DNA from: Candidatus Eiseniibacteriota bacterium
Lineage (GTDB): Bacteria; Eisenbacteria; RBG-16-71-46
Length of the DNA stretch: 31,008 nucleotides
NCBI GenBank assembly: GCA_031364845.1
Contig: JANLWX010000214.1
Span: 1 to 31,008, forward strand
Reading direction: 5' to 3'
The notes below the pieces were generated by a model. The model saw nothing but the letters and a program-made list of their open reading frames with translations. It made no database searches and was not told the origin of the DNA. A program made the position numbers and the translations under genes. This document shows positions 9,077 through 18,850 of the stretch, in pieces. The number at the start of each line of letters is the position of its first letter. Position 1 is the stretch's first letter.

Positions 9077-12000
9077 ATGTTCCTCTACAAGCTCGAAGTC
9101 CAGGGCTTCAAATCGTTCGTGGACAAGACGCTCGTCGAATTCGGCGACGGGATCACCGGAGTCATCGGTCCCAACGGCTGCGGCAAGACCAATGTGTCGG
9201 ACGCGATCCGCTGGGTGCTGGGCGAGCAGAGCGCCAAGCAGCTGCGCGGCGACTCGATGGAAGACGTGATCTTCAACGGCTGTCCCACTCGCAAGCCGGT
9301 CGGTCTCGCCGAAGTCCATCTCTCGTTCAAGAACGAGAACGGCATCCTGCCGACCGAGTACTCCGAGGTCACGATCTCACGCCGCGTGTTCCGCTCCGGC
9401 GCTTCCGAGTACTTCATCAACAAGACGCCGTGCCGCCTCAAGGACATTCGCGATCTGTTCTACGACACCGGCATGGGCAGCCACGCGTATTCCGTGATCG
9501 AGCGCTCGATGGTGGACCACGTGCTGTCGGACAACTCGGGGCATCGCCGGTTCCTGTTCGAGGAGGCGTCGGGCATCACCAAGTACAAGTCGCGCAAGAA
9601 GGAAGCCCTCAACAAGCTCGACGCGACCGAGACCGATCTCACGCGCCTCAACGACATCGTGTTCGAGATCGAGCGCGAGCTGCGCTCGCTCGCACGCCAG
9701 GTCGGCAAGGCGCGCCGTTATCAGCGGCTGCGCGAGCAGATCCGCGACCTCGACCTCGCACTCACGTCGCAGCGGGTCGAGTCGCTGCGCGCGAAGGAGA
9801 AGACGGCGGCCGAGCAGTGGCAGGAAGAGGCCGTGCGCCGCGAAGGCGCCTCGACCACGCTCGCCCAGCTCGAAGCGAAGCTCAACGATCAGAAGCTCGC
9901 ATTGCTCGAACTCGAGCGCGAACTGTCGACGGCACTCGCCGGACTGCGTGATCGCGAAGAAGCGCGCAGCCGCGCGGAACAGCAGACCGTGCTGCTGCGC
10001 GAGCGCGGCGATGGGCTGCGCCTGCGCGCGGGCGAATCGGCGGCGGAAGCGGCGAGTCTGCGCGAGCGCCTCGAAGACGTGCGCCGTGACGAGCAGCTGG
10101 CGATCGAGCGCAAGGCGGAGCTTCGGCTCCAGCTCGAACAGGCGCAGATCGCGGCCGAGGATCTGGAGCGCGGCTTCAGCGAGCTCGAGGCCGAGCTGCG
10201 CCAGCATCGCAGTGTCGCCGCCGAGCACAAGCAGTTGTCGCTCGATTTGTTCTCGGCTGAAGCCGAGAAGCGCAGCGCGCGCGAGCGGGCGAGCGAGCGC
10301 CGCACGGCACTTGCCGAGCGGCTCGAGGCGACCCGCGGCAAACTCGGCGAGATGGAGCATCGCATCGCCGAACTCGCGCGCACGACGGCCGAGGGCGAGG
10401 AGCGCCGTCAGGGCGTCGAGCTCGAGCTGGGTGATGCGCGGCGGCTACTCGAAGGTGTCGACGTCACGCTGTCGGGAATCGCCGAGGCGATTCGCGACGC
10501 CGATGCCACCACCGCGCGGCTGCGGCAGGATTCGGCGGCGGCGGATTCGCGCCTCGAAACGCTGCTCGAGCTGAAGCGCAACTTCGAAGGTGTTTCGGAA
10601 GGCGTGAAGGGTCTGCTGTCTGCCGGGGCAGTTGACGGCGTGCTCGGCGTGGTCGCGGACGTGCTCCAGATTCCGGGACGCTTCCTCGATGCGCTCGAAG
10701 CGTCGCTGGGCGAAGCTTCGGCGTTCGTGCTGGTCGAGAACGCGGCGGGCCGCGACGCGGCACTCGCGCGGCTGCGCGAGCTGCCGAGCGGGCGCGCGAC
10801 GCTCGTCGATCTGTCGGCGATTACGGCCGGCAACCCGCCGAATGTGCCGCAGGAAACGGGTGTACTCGGGCGCGCGTCGGAACTCGTGCGCTGCGACGAT
10901 CGCTTCCGTCCGCTGGTCGAACGCCTGCTGGGTACGGTGGTGATGGTCGAGGACCGCGCGACCGCGCAGCACCTTTCGGCGCACTCCGAAGGCGGATTAC
11001 GCTTCGTGAGCCTCGATGGCGAAGTGTGGGAGCGTGGCCGGGTGCGCGCCGGCTCGGCCGCGTCGCTGTCGGGCTTGCTGCACCGTGAGATGGAGATCCG
11101 CGACTTGACGGGCATGATCGCCGAGCTGGGGCTCGCGATCGAAGCCGCCGAGCGCGAAGGCGGATCGCTCGACGAGCGCCGCACGCTCACGATCGCCGAA
11201 CGCGTCGCCGCCGCGGCCGAAGTCGACCGGCGCCGTGATGCGCTCGAGGCGCTGACGCGCGATCTCGAAGCGGCCTCGCGTGAGTCGCGCTGGGCGCACG
11301 ACGAGGCGACGGCGCGCCGCACCGAGATCGCCACGCTCGAGTCCGAAGGCGAAACGCTCGACCGCACGCTCCAGCAGGCCGAAGCCGATCTCGCCGCGTT
11401 CCAGGGCGAGCTCGACCGCGCACGTCTGCAGCTGGCGGACCTCGACGGTGCGGTGCGCTCGGTCGAGTCGCGGCGCGACGAGGCCGCGGGCCGCGCGCAG
11501 GAAGCGCGCGAATCACTGCTGCGCGCCTCGCGCGAGGAAGCCGAGTGGCAGTCGCGCTGGGCGCGCGCCGAGCAGACGCGGCACGAACTCGAAGCGGCGC
11601 TCGAATCGCGGCTCGCCGGAGAGCGCGATGCGCTCGCGCGCGTCGATGAGATCGAAGCCGAGATCGCGGGCCTCGCGGCCGGACTCGCCGGTCTGTTGTC
11701 GTCCGAATCCGATCAGCGCGAACGCGTCGGAGAGCTGCAGACGCGCTTCCAGGCGCTCAAGTCCGAAGTCCAGACCGGCGACGACGAAGCGCGCACGCGT
11801 CGCTTCGAAGTCACCGAGCTCAGCGACCTGCTGCACTCGGTCGAGCTGGATCGCGTGCAGGCGCGCGCCGAGTTGGACCGCACGTTCGAGCGTCTGCGCA
11901 CCGAATACGAGATGGAGCCCGAGAACTGGACGCCGACCGCGTCGCCCGAAGGCTTCGATCCCGAGGCGTCGGCCAAACAGCTTGCCGAGGACCGCGACCG

Positions 12001-12667
12001 CTTCCGCACGATGGGCATGGTCAATCTGCTGGCGCTCGAGGAGTACACGAAGAAGAAGGAGCGCTACGACTTCCTCACACAGCAGCGCGAAGATCTGTTG
12101 AAGGCCAAGGCTCAGCTGCTCGAGGCGATCGAGAAGATCAACGTCACCGCGGGCACGCTGTTCGTCGAGACGTTCGAGAAGGTGCAGGAGCACTTCCGCG
12201 ACATCTTCAAGACGCTGTTCGAAGGCGGCGATGCCGAGCTGCGGACGGTGGGCGAGGATCCGCTCGAATGCGAAATCGAGATCGTCGCCAAGCCGCGCGG
12301 CAAGCATCTGCAGAGCATCAGCCTGATGTCGGGCGGCGAGCGTGCGCTCACCGCGATCGCGCTGCTGTTCGCGCTCTACCTGGTGAAGCCGTCGCCGTTC
12401 TGTCTGCTCGACGAGGTTGATGCGCCGCTCGACGACGCGAACGTCGAGCGCTTCCTGCGCATGCTGCGGCGCTTCAGCGACCGCACGCAGTTCGTCGTGA
12501 TCACGCACAACAAGAAGACGATGGAAGCGGCCGGCGTGCTCTACGGCGTCACGATGCAGGAACTCGGCGTTTCGAAGCTCGTGTCGGTGAGTTTTGACGG
12601 CATCGACAAGACGCTGCGCGGCGCGCGGGCTCGGGAACGGGAACTGACGGAGGTCGGCTCGTCGTAA
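9077..12667 (+). CDS. smc: Chromosome segregation protein SMC
   Basis: GFKSF, GPNGCGKTN, DAIRWVLGEQSAKQLRG, long coiled coils, hinge, MSGGERAL and LDEVDAPLDDANV; 1196 aa. Confidence 0.96.
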   Translation: MFLYKLEVQGFKSFVDKTLVEFGDGITGVIGPNGCGKTNVSDAIRWVLGEQSAKQLRGDSMEDVIFNGCPTRKPVGLAEVHLSFKNENGILPTEYSEVTISRRVFRSGASEYFINKTPCRLKDIRDLFYDTGMGSHAYSVIERSMVDHVLSDNSGHRRFLFEEASGITKYKSRKKEALNKLDATETDLTRLNDIVFEIERELRSLARQVGKARRYQRLREQIRDLDLALTSQRVESLRAKEKTAAEQWQEEAVRREGASTTLAQLEAKLNDQKLALLELERELSTALAGLRDREEARSRAEQQTVLLRERGDGLRLRAGESAAEAASLRERLEDVRRDEQLAIERKAELRLQLEQAQIAAEDLERGFSELEAELRQHRSVAAEHKQLSLDLFSAEAEKRSARERASERRTALAERLEATRGKLGEMEHRIAELARTTAEGEERRQGVELELGDARRLLEGVDVTLSGIAEAIRDADATTARLRQDSAAADSRLETLLELKRNFEGVSEGVKGLLSAGAVDGVLGVVADVLQIPGRFLDALEASLGEASAFVLVENAAGRDAALARLRELPSGRATLVDLSAITAGNPPNVPQETGVLGRASELVRCDDRFRPLVERLLGTVVMVEDRATAQHLSAHSEGGLRFVSLDGEVWERGRVRAGSAASLSGLLHREMEIRDLTGMIAELGLAIEAAEREGGSLDERRTLTIAERVAAAAEVDRRRDALEALTRDLEAASRESRWAHDEATARRTEIATLESEGETLDRTLQQAEADLAAFQGELDRARLQLADLDGAVRSVESRRDEAAGRAQEARESLLRASREEAEWQSRWARAEQTRHELEAALESRLAGERDALARVDEIEAEIAGLAAGLAGLLSSESDQRERVGELQTRFQALKSEVQTGDDEARTRRFEVTELSDLLHSVELDRVQARAELDRTFERLRTEYEMEPENWTPTASPEGFDPEASAKQLAEDRDRFRTMGMVNLLALEEYTKKKERYDFLTQQREDLLKAKAQLLEAIEKINVTAGTLFVETFEKVQEHFRDIFKTLFEGGDAELRTVGEDPLECEIEIVAKPRGKHLQSISLMSGGERALTAIALLFALYLVKPSPFCLLDEVDAPLDDANVERFLRMLRRFSDRTQFVVITHNKKTMEAAGVLYGVTMQELGVSKLVSVSFDGIDKTLRGARARERELTEVGSS

Positions 12668-12731
12668 GGGCCGCGGACGAGATCCGGCACCGCCGGCTCG
12701 AGCATCGCGCGGCGCCGGTGACGTTCCTCTC

Positions 12732-13634
12732 ATGAACCTCTGGAACCGTTTTCGCGACGGCCTCACGCGCACGCGCGACCGGATCGAGCAGCAAGTCGGT
12801 TCGCTGCTCGGCAAGCGCGAGGTCGATCCGGAAACGCGCGAGCGGCTCGAAGAAGCACTGCTCGGCGCCGACGTCGGCCCCGCGACCGTCGACCGTCTGC
12901 TGACGCGCGCCGAGGCGCTGCTGCGCTCGGACCCCGCGATCGATCTCAAGGTCGCACTCGAGCGCACTGCCGCCGCGATCGTCGGCGCGCAGACCGCGCG
13001 TTTCGAGCCCGGCACCGAGCAGCCGTGGGTCGCGCTGCTGGTCGGTGTGAACGGGGTCGGCAAGACCACGCTCGCCGGCAAGCTCGCCTACCGCTTCGCC
13101 CGCACCGGGCACAAGACTTTGCTGGTCGCCGCCGACACGTTTCGCGCGGCGGCAAGCGAGCAGTTGGGCGTGTGGGCCGAACGCGCCGGCGTGCATCTGG
13201 TGCGCGCGCGCGACGGCGCCGATCCGGCCGCGGTGGTGCACGACGCGCTCGAATCCGCGCGTGCGCGCGGAATCGGTGCGGTGATGATCGACACCGCGGG
13301 GCGCCTCCACACGAAGCAGAACCTCATGGCGGAGCTGGAGAAGATGCAGCGCGTGTGCGCGCGCCTGATCCCGGGCGCCCCGCACCACGTGCTGCTGGTG
13401 CTCGATGCCACGCTGGGCCAGAACGCGATCGCCCAGGCGCGCGAATTCCAGCGCGCGGTTCCGATCACGAGCCTCGCGCTGACGAAGCTCGACGGCACCG
13501 CACGCGGGGGAGCGGTGCTCGCAATCGCCGATCAGCTTCAGCTGCCGATCAGCGTGGTCGGGCTGGGTGAGGGGATCGAAGACTGGGAGCCGTTCGATCC
13601 CGAAGCCTACGCGCGCGGGTTGTTTCAATCCTGA
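12732..13634 (+). CDS. ftsY: Signal recognition particle receptor FtsY (short NG-only form)
   Basis: Motifs GVNGVGKTT, AADTFRAAA, DTAGRLH, TKLDGTARGG and GLGEGIED. Common smc-ftsY synteny. Confidence 0.95.
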   Translation: MNLWNRFRDGLTRTRDRIEQQVGSLLGKREVDPETRERLEEALLGADVGPATVDRLLTRAEALLRSDPAIDLKVALERTAAAIVGAQTARFEPGTEQPWVALLVGVNGVGKTTLAGKLAYRFARTGHKTLLVAADTFRAAASEQLGVWAERAGVHLVRARDGADPAAVVHDALESARARGIGAVMIDTAGRLHTKQNLMAELEKMQRVCARLIPGAPHHVLLVLDATLGQNAIAQAREFQRAVPITSLALTKLDGTARGGAVLAIADQLQLPISVVGLGEGIEDWEPFDPEAYARGLFQS

Positions 13635-13692
13635 GACGCGCTTGCGCGTTCCCAGGAAGTGCTTCCGTCGTCATGCGTGAGTGCGCGGACGC

Positions 13693-14601
13693 TCAGCGCT
13701 TCTTGGCCGCAGCGCGGCTCGCCGCGGGCCGCGACGACGCGGCCGCCTGTTCGCGGAACGACCTTTGGAATTGCTTCGGGACCAGCAGCGACTGCGATCC
13801 GGTGCCGTAGTCGACGAGCCGCGCGTTCGTCTCCGAGTCCGCGACCAGCATCAGGTCGCCCTCCGTTGAACGCCCGATCGGCCAGCTCTTGCGGTGGATC
13901 GTGTTGACGATCCGCTCGCGCGCGAAGCCCGTGATCGGAATGCCCTTTGCGAAGTACACGGTGCGCGTCTCGCGGGTTTCGGTGCGCGCGGTGCTGTCGC
14001 CCTTGTCGCCGGTGACCGCGATGCCCTCTTCCAGCTTCACCATGGTGCACGTGTACAGACCGCGCGCGGTGTGGACGGTGTCGACACCCAGCGTGTCCGA
14101 GTTCACATTGGTGCGTTCTCCGGGAGGCCTGCGATTCTTCAGCGTGAGCGCCGGTCGCATCGTCAGGTCCTGGCGCGGCGTGCCGTCTTCCTTGATGTCG
14201 GCGATCGTCTTGCGCATGAACAACTGCGAGCGCGAGGTGGCGAGCGTATCGCCGAAGATCGAGTACGACATCAGCGTGGCGACGGCGTTGCTCGCTTCAT
14301 TCTCGTCGGCGGTTTCGCTCATCCGGGTCTCCACCCAGAAGCAGTCCTCGCCCCAGAACCGCTCTTCGCCCGCGATCAGCACCGTCACGTAGTAGGCGTC
14401 GGCGTCGCCGTCGCTGTTCTTGCTCGTGACGTGGTAGCGAACCCAGTCGCCGGGCTTGAAAGTGGGTTTCGCGACCGAGTAGTTGATCATCCCGATGGCG
14501 TTGATGGTCGGCCGCCCACCACCGCCGGCTCCCTGGCCCCGCGTGACCGCCAGGGTGGTGGCGCAAGCGACGAGAATGAGACACACGATGGCACGACGCA
14601 T
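13693..14601 (-). CDS. Secreted hypothetical protein
   Basis: 302-aa ORF filling the gap between ftsY and radC. N-terminal signal peptide (MRRAIVCLILVAC, possible lipobox) and a beta-rich body. Confidence 0.7.
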   Translation of the reverse strand: MRRAIVCLILVACATTLAVTRGQGAGGGGRPTINAIGMINYSVAKPTFKPGDWVRYHVTSKNSDGDADAYYVTVLIAGEERFWGEDCFWVETRMSETADENEASNAVATLMSYSIFGDTLATSRSQLFMRKTIADIKEDGTPRQDLTMRPALTLKNRRPPGERTNVNSDTLGVDTVHTARGLYTCTMVKLEEGIAVTGDKGDSTARTETRETRTVYFAKGIPITGFARERIVNTIHRKSWPIGRSTEGDLMLVADSETNARLVDYGTGSQSLLVPKQFQRSFREQAAASSRPAASRAAAKKR

Positions 14602-14729
14602 GCAAAGTTCTCCGTCCAGAGCCGAAGCTCGGTTGCGTTGGATTCACGGTGGCCACTTCAGAGGGGCCGTCAGTATCCCGCAGATCCGGGTACCAAGGAA
14701 AGTCGTAGCCCGCCCCCGCCGGACCCGTC

Positions 14730-15437
14730 ATGCACGATGCCGCTGATACCATCCCGCCGCTGATCGCCGTCCCTCGCGCCCCGCAAACTCCAGACCCGAC
14801 CCCCCGACCGCGCGAGAAGCTGCGAGCGCGCGGGGCTGCTGCGCTGAGCGATGCCGAATTGATCACGCTGTTGCTGGGTTCGGGAATCCGCGGCCGCAGC
14901 GCGGTACGGATCGCGCGCGTTCTCGCGCGCCGCACGCCGGCTGACCTCGCGGCGTGGACTCTGCGGCGGTTCGTCGAAGTGCCCGGGATCGGGCTCGCGC
15001 GGGCGGCAGCGCTGGTGGCAGCGTTCGAGCTCGGACGCCGCGCCTCGGAACGGCCCGCCGCGAGCCGGCCGATTCGCGGCCCCGACGACGTGCTCGCGCA
15101 GGTGCGCGACCTGCCGCGGGCGCGGCGCGAACACTTCGTCGTTCTGCTGCTCAATGCCCGTCACGAACTGCAGTGCCGTGAGACCGTCTCGATCGGCAGC
15201 CTCAATGCCTCGATCGTCCATCCGCGCGAAGTGTTCCTGCCTGCGATCCTGCATTCCGCCGCGAGCGTGGTGCTGGTCCACAACCATCCGAGCGGCGATC
15301 CGGAGCCGAGTGAGGAAGACTTGAACATCACCCGGCGACTGGTGCAGGTCGGCGATCTGGTCGGGATCGGCGTGCTCGACCATGTGATCGTCGCCACGCG
15401 CGGGATCGTGAGCCTCAAGGCGCGCCAGCTGATGTAG
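14730..15437 (+). CDS. radC: RadC-family JAB-domain protein
   Basis: Motifs PREKL...GAAALSDAEL, GIGLARAA, VHPREVF, HNHPSGDPEPSEED and LDHVIV. Confidence 0.92.
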   Translation: MHDAADTIPPLIAVPRAPQTPDPTPRPREKLRARGAAALSDAELITLLLGSGIRGRSAVRIARVLARRTPADLAAWTLRRFVEVPGIGLARAAALVAAFELGRRASERPAASRPIRGPDDVLAQVRDLPRARREHFVVLLLNARHELQCRETVSIGSLNASIVHPREVFLPAILHSAASVVLVHNHPSGDPEPSEEDLNITRRLVQVGDLVGIGVLDHVIVATRGIVSLKARQLM

Positions 15438-15684
15438 CGCGTTCGGCGGCTTTGGGGGCGGGTCTCGACATGTGTTCGTGCGGGGAGATTGACCCAAACC
15501 TGACGCCGGGTGATTGCCGATGAACACATGGGGGCGCGGCCGGCTCGCATTCGTGTTGACTCACGTCGAAATCCGTTCACGAACGCGAGGCAAACCGCGC
15601 TACAATGAATCCGCCATTTCCAGCCCTTCGCATGGGGGCCCCGTCCCCGCGAATGGCGTCGTCGCGTGCCTGGAGGTCGTTCCG

Positions 15685-16395
15685 ATGATCCCCCGTCGTG
15701 GTCCCGCGCTGGCTTTGGTTCTCGCCGGTGCGCTGCTGTTTCCGATCTCCGCCTCGTCCGCCCCGCGAACCGTCGAACTCCTGCCGGCCGGCACCCCGGT
15801 GCATCGTGCCGCGGAAGTCGCCGGCACCTGCGCGCTCGGAACGCTCGGCGAGCCGGCGCAAGTCGGCGATCTGTTTCCGCCGGACGACATCTATCTCACG
15901 CTGATTCGCCCGACCACGTGTGGACCTTGTTCCGTGACGGCGCTATCCAACGTTCATCTGTGGCTCGAGTTCCGCAAGGAGTGCTCGGTGCCGGTCTCGA
16001 TCAGCGTGGTGCGTGCGTTCGGGACGACATGCCTTCAGCCCGATCAGGGCCAGATCGTGTTCCCCGCGTTCTCGACCGTGCTCACGGCCACCGAAATCGG
16101 CGTGACCGAATTCGTGGTGCCGGTTCCCATCGAATGGCGGCTCACCGCCGATGCCTTCCTTGCGGTGCACTTCAATTCCGAGACCGACTCGTGTTCGGCC
16201 GACGGTGAGCAGCCTCGCATCGCGCTGCGTGCCGGGTGCCCGCGCTGCGTGGCGTACGAGAACTTCTCGGGCAGCACCGATGACGTGTGCGAATTCGGCG
16301 TCGGCCTCCCCCTCATGAGCGTGGACGTCAGCGAATGCGTGCCCACGCCGGTGGCGCGGCGCTCGTGGGGTTCGCTCAAGCTCTTCTATCGGTGA
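15685..16395 (+). CDS. Secreted Cys-rich hypothetical protein with C-terminal SWGSLKLFYR tail
   Basis: GGAGG RBS at 15672-15676, signal peptide MIPRRGPALALVLAGALLFPISASSA, about 10 Cys, ends PTPVARRSWGSLKLFYR. Confidence 0.75.
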   Translation: MIPRRGPALALVLAGALLFPISASSAPRTVELLPAGTPVHRAAEVAGTCALGTLGEPAQVGDLFPPDDIYLTLIRPTTCGPCSVTALSNVHLWLEFRKECSVPVSISVVRAFGTTCLQPDQGQIVFPAFSTVLTATEIGVTEFVVPVPIEWRLTADAFLAVHFNSETDSCSADGEQPRIALRAGCPRCVAYENFSGSTDDVCEFGVGLPLMSVDVSECVPTPVARRSWGSLKLFYR

Positions 16396-17774
16396 CGCGC
16401 ACGACACTGCTCAGCAAGCTCGGTGCGGCCCTGCTGATCGGGGGGCTCGTGAGTTCGGTCTCCGCCGCAGGCGCGCCGCGTCCTCGTGCGCATCATCCTT
16501 CCTACCTCGAACCGTGGACCGATCCCTCGACCGAGGTCGAGATTGTGCGCATCACCGGTGACGCCGGGAAGAGCTTCACGCTCGGGCGCGCCGGCGGCAC
16601 GTGGGGCACCGACGCGCGGCATCACTATTCGCGCGACCAGCCGTGGAACGCGGATGGGACGCTGCTCGCGGTCGAGAACCGCGGCGGCGGCTCGCCGGCA
16701 AGCCTGCTGCTCGACGGCAACACCTACAAGCCGCTGGCCACGCGCTGCGACAAGTTCACGCTCGACGACTTCCGCTGGCATCCGACGCTCGCGCACGCGC
16801 GGATTCAGATCGGCGTGCGCGAAGCGGCAGACTCGCTGGTGTGGCTCGATCCGATCTCGTGCCGCATCGAGCGCGGCTGGAAGCTGCCGCTGAGCCCCAA
16901 AGGCATTGGGTTCAATGAAGGCAATCCGTCCAACGACGGCCGATTCCTGGCGCTCGCGAATCCGGATTCGATCGTGATCGTGGACATGGATCCGCAGGCG
17001 CCGCATGCCTCCTACGCGAGCGGGAACCGCCGCATCGGCCCGGTCTATGTGCTGCCGGCATGCAGCCTCGACGTGGAACTTCCGCGCCAGTGCCGCGTCG
17101 GCAACATTTCGATCTCCGCTTCGGGCCGCTACGTCGATGTGAAATACGGCGGCGTCTCGGGCGACAGCACGGCCGAAGCCCACCGCATCTACGAAGTCGA
17201 TCCGGTGTCGCTCGCACTGCGGCCGCGCGCGATGGCGGCGACGTCGATGCGCTGCGGCTCGTTCCAGGCGCGTCCCAATGGATGGATCTTCCCGCTCAAG
17301 CATGCGGATCTGGCCCTAGATCCGTCGGATCGCAACGAAGACGTGATCGTCGGCATACGCTCGTGTCCGGGCTCGCGGATCGGCCGCGTCGTCAAGGTGC
17401 GGCTGCGCGATGGCGCCGTGACCGAACTCACCGACCCGCGCAACGAAGCGAGCCCGTGGCACGTTTCGACGCGCAATCTCGACCGTCCCGGCTGGGCGTA
17501 CGTCACCTACATGACGGTTCCCGGCAAGCGACAGAGCGGCGAGATCGTGGCGGTCAAGCTCGACGGATCGAAGACGATCGAACGCATCGCGCGCCATCGC
17601 ACGATCAAGGCCGGCCGGTATCGCGGTGAAGCGCATGCGGTTCCTTCGCGCGACGGAAGGCGTGTATTGTTCGCGAGCAACTGGGCGGAGGACTGCCCCG
17701 AGTGCATGCCGCGCATCGAAGCCTTCATCGCCGACACCCGCGCGAAAACGCCCGGCCGCCGCGGCCGCCGCTAG
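16392..17774 (+). CDS. Secreted beta-propeller protein (TolB/oligogalacturonate lyase-like fold)
   Basis: GTGA overlap with the upstream gene, signal peptide, propeller-type motifs WNADG, PSNDGRF, ISASGRY and PSRDGRRVLFASNW. Confidence 0.7.
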   Translation: MTRTTLLSKLGAALLIGGLVSSVSAAGAPRPRAHHPSYLEPWTDPSTEVEIVRITGDAGKSFTLGRAGGTWGTDARHHYSRDQPWNADGTLLAVENRGGGSPASLLLDGNTYKPLATRCDKFTLDDFRWHPTLAHARIQIGVREAADSLVWLDPISCRIERGWKLPLSPKGIGFNEGNPSNDGRFLALANPDSIVIVDMDPQAPHASYASGNRRIGPVYVLPACSLDVELPRQCRVGNISISASGRYVDVKYGGVSGDSTAEAHRIYEVDPVSLALRPRAMAATSMRCGSFQARPNGWIFPLKHADLALDPSDRNEDVIVGIRSCPGSRIGRVVKVRLRDGAVTELTDPRNEASPWHVSTRNLDRPGWAYVTYMTVPGKRQSGEIVAVKLDGSKTIERIARHRTIKAGRYRGEAHAVPSRDGRRVLFASNWAEDCPECMPRIEAFIADTRAKTPGRRGRR

Positions 17775-17807
17775 CCGATTTCCTTCAGCGCATTTCCCGA
17801 GGTGCCC

Positions 17808-18260
17808 ATGCCCGCAACCGTCACCGTTCTCGTCCAGCGTCTGCCGCATGGCGATCAGATCGAGCTTCCGCAGTACATGACACCGGGTGCTGCCGCCGCC
17901 GATGTCCGGGCCGCGATCGTGCAGCCGATCGTGCTCGAGCCGGGCGGCATCGCGATGATTCCGACCGGGTTCGCGATCGAGCTGCCGCCGGATTACGAGA
18001 TGCAGATCCGCCCGCGCTCGGGCCTCGCCGTGAAGCACGGCATCACCGTCGTCAATGCGCCGGCGACGATCGACGCCGACTATCGCGGCGAAGTGAAGGT
18101 CGCGCTCATCAATCTCGGGCGCGAGGCGTTCACGATCGAGCCCGCGATGCGCATTGCTCAGGTGCTGCTCGGAACCGTGACCCGCATCGAGTGGGCCGAA
18201 GCGGCCGAACTCACGCCGACCTCGCGCGGCGCCGGAGGCTTCGGCCACAGCGGAACCTGA
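17808..18260 (+). CDS. dut: dUTP diphosphatase
   Basis: Motifs QIRPRSGLA, TIDADYRGE, RIAQ and RGAGGFGHSG. Confidence 0.93.
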   Translation: MPATVTVLVQRLPHGDQIELPQYMTPGAAAADVRAAIVQPIVLEPGGIAMIPTGFAIELPPDYEMQIRPRSGLAVKHGITVVNAPATIDADYRGEVKVALINLGREAFTIEPAMRIAQVLLGTVTRIEWAEAAELTPTSRGAGGFGHSGT

Positions 18261-18387
18261 TCCGCGGGCTCATGCACCGCGTCACCGCCACCCCAGGGTG
18301 CTTGTGTACTATGCGCGCGGAATTGCCGCGAAAGCGTTGAACGCGCCGCCCGTCAATCGATGTACCAAAGGAGCGGATGAAACGACC

Positions 18388-18771
18388 GTGAACGATCCCA
18401 AGTCGCGCATTCTGGTGGTGGACGACAACAAGGATTCGGCACTCAGTCTGGCGATGGTGCTCGAGTTCATGGGCTATCAGACCCGCACCGCCTTCGACGG
18501 AATCGAGGCGGTCGAAGCGGCCGAAGAGATGAAGCCCGACGTCGTCCTGCTCGACATCGGGCTGCCGCGCATGAACGGCTACGACGCGGCACGGAAGATC
18601 CGTGAGCTGCCCGGAGGCGATGCCATCTACCTCATCGCCGTCACCGGGTGGGGCCAGGACGAAGACCGCCGCCGTTCGGCCGACTCAGGGTTCAACCTCC
18701 ACATGGTAAAACCGGTCGATCCGGTCGCGATCGAGAAATTGCTCGCCGGCCTCAAGCCTCCGTCCGCGTGA
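18388..18771 (+). CDS. Single-domain response regulator (receiver)
   Basis: Motifs ILVVDDN, VLLDIGLPRMNGY, AVTGWG and KPV. GTG start at 18388 is inferred. Confidence 0.85.
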   Translation: MNDPKSRILVVDDNKDSALSLAMVLEFMGYQTRTAFDGIEAVEAAEEMKPDVVLLDIGLPRMNGYDAARKIRELPGGDAIYLIAVTGWGQDEDRRRSADSGFNLHMVKPVDPVAIEKLLAGLKPPSA

Positions 18772-18850
18772 CGTCGTTCTTGCGCCGAGATGGCGTTCGC
18801 CGCCTTGGTTCGGGACGCCTGCATGCCACCCGATTGAGGATCCTGCCTCG

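Noticed and set aside
11513..13628. Long antisense ORFs (e.g. 11513-13081, 12549-13628) and similar shadow ORFs throughout
   Set aside because: Expected shadows of high-GC coding strands, with no recognisable domains.
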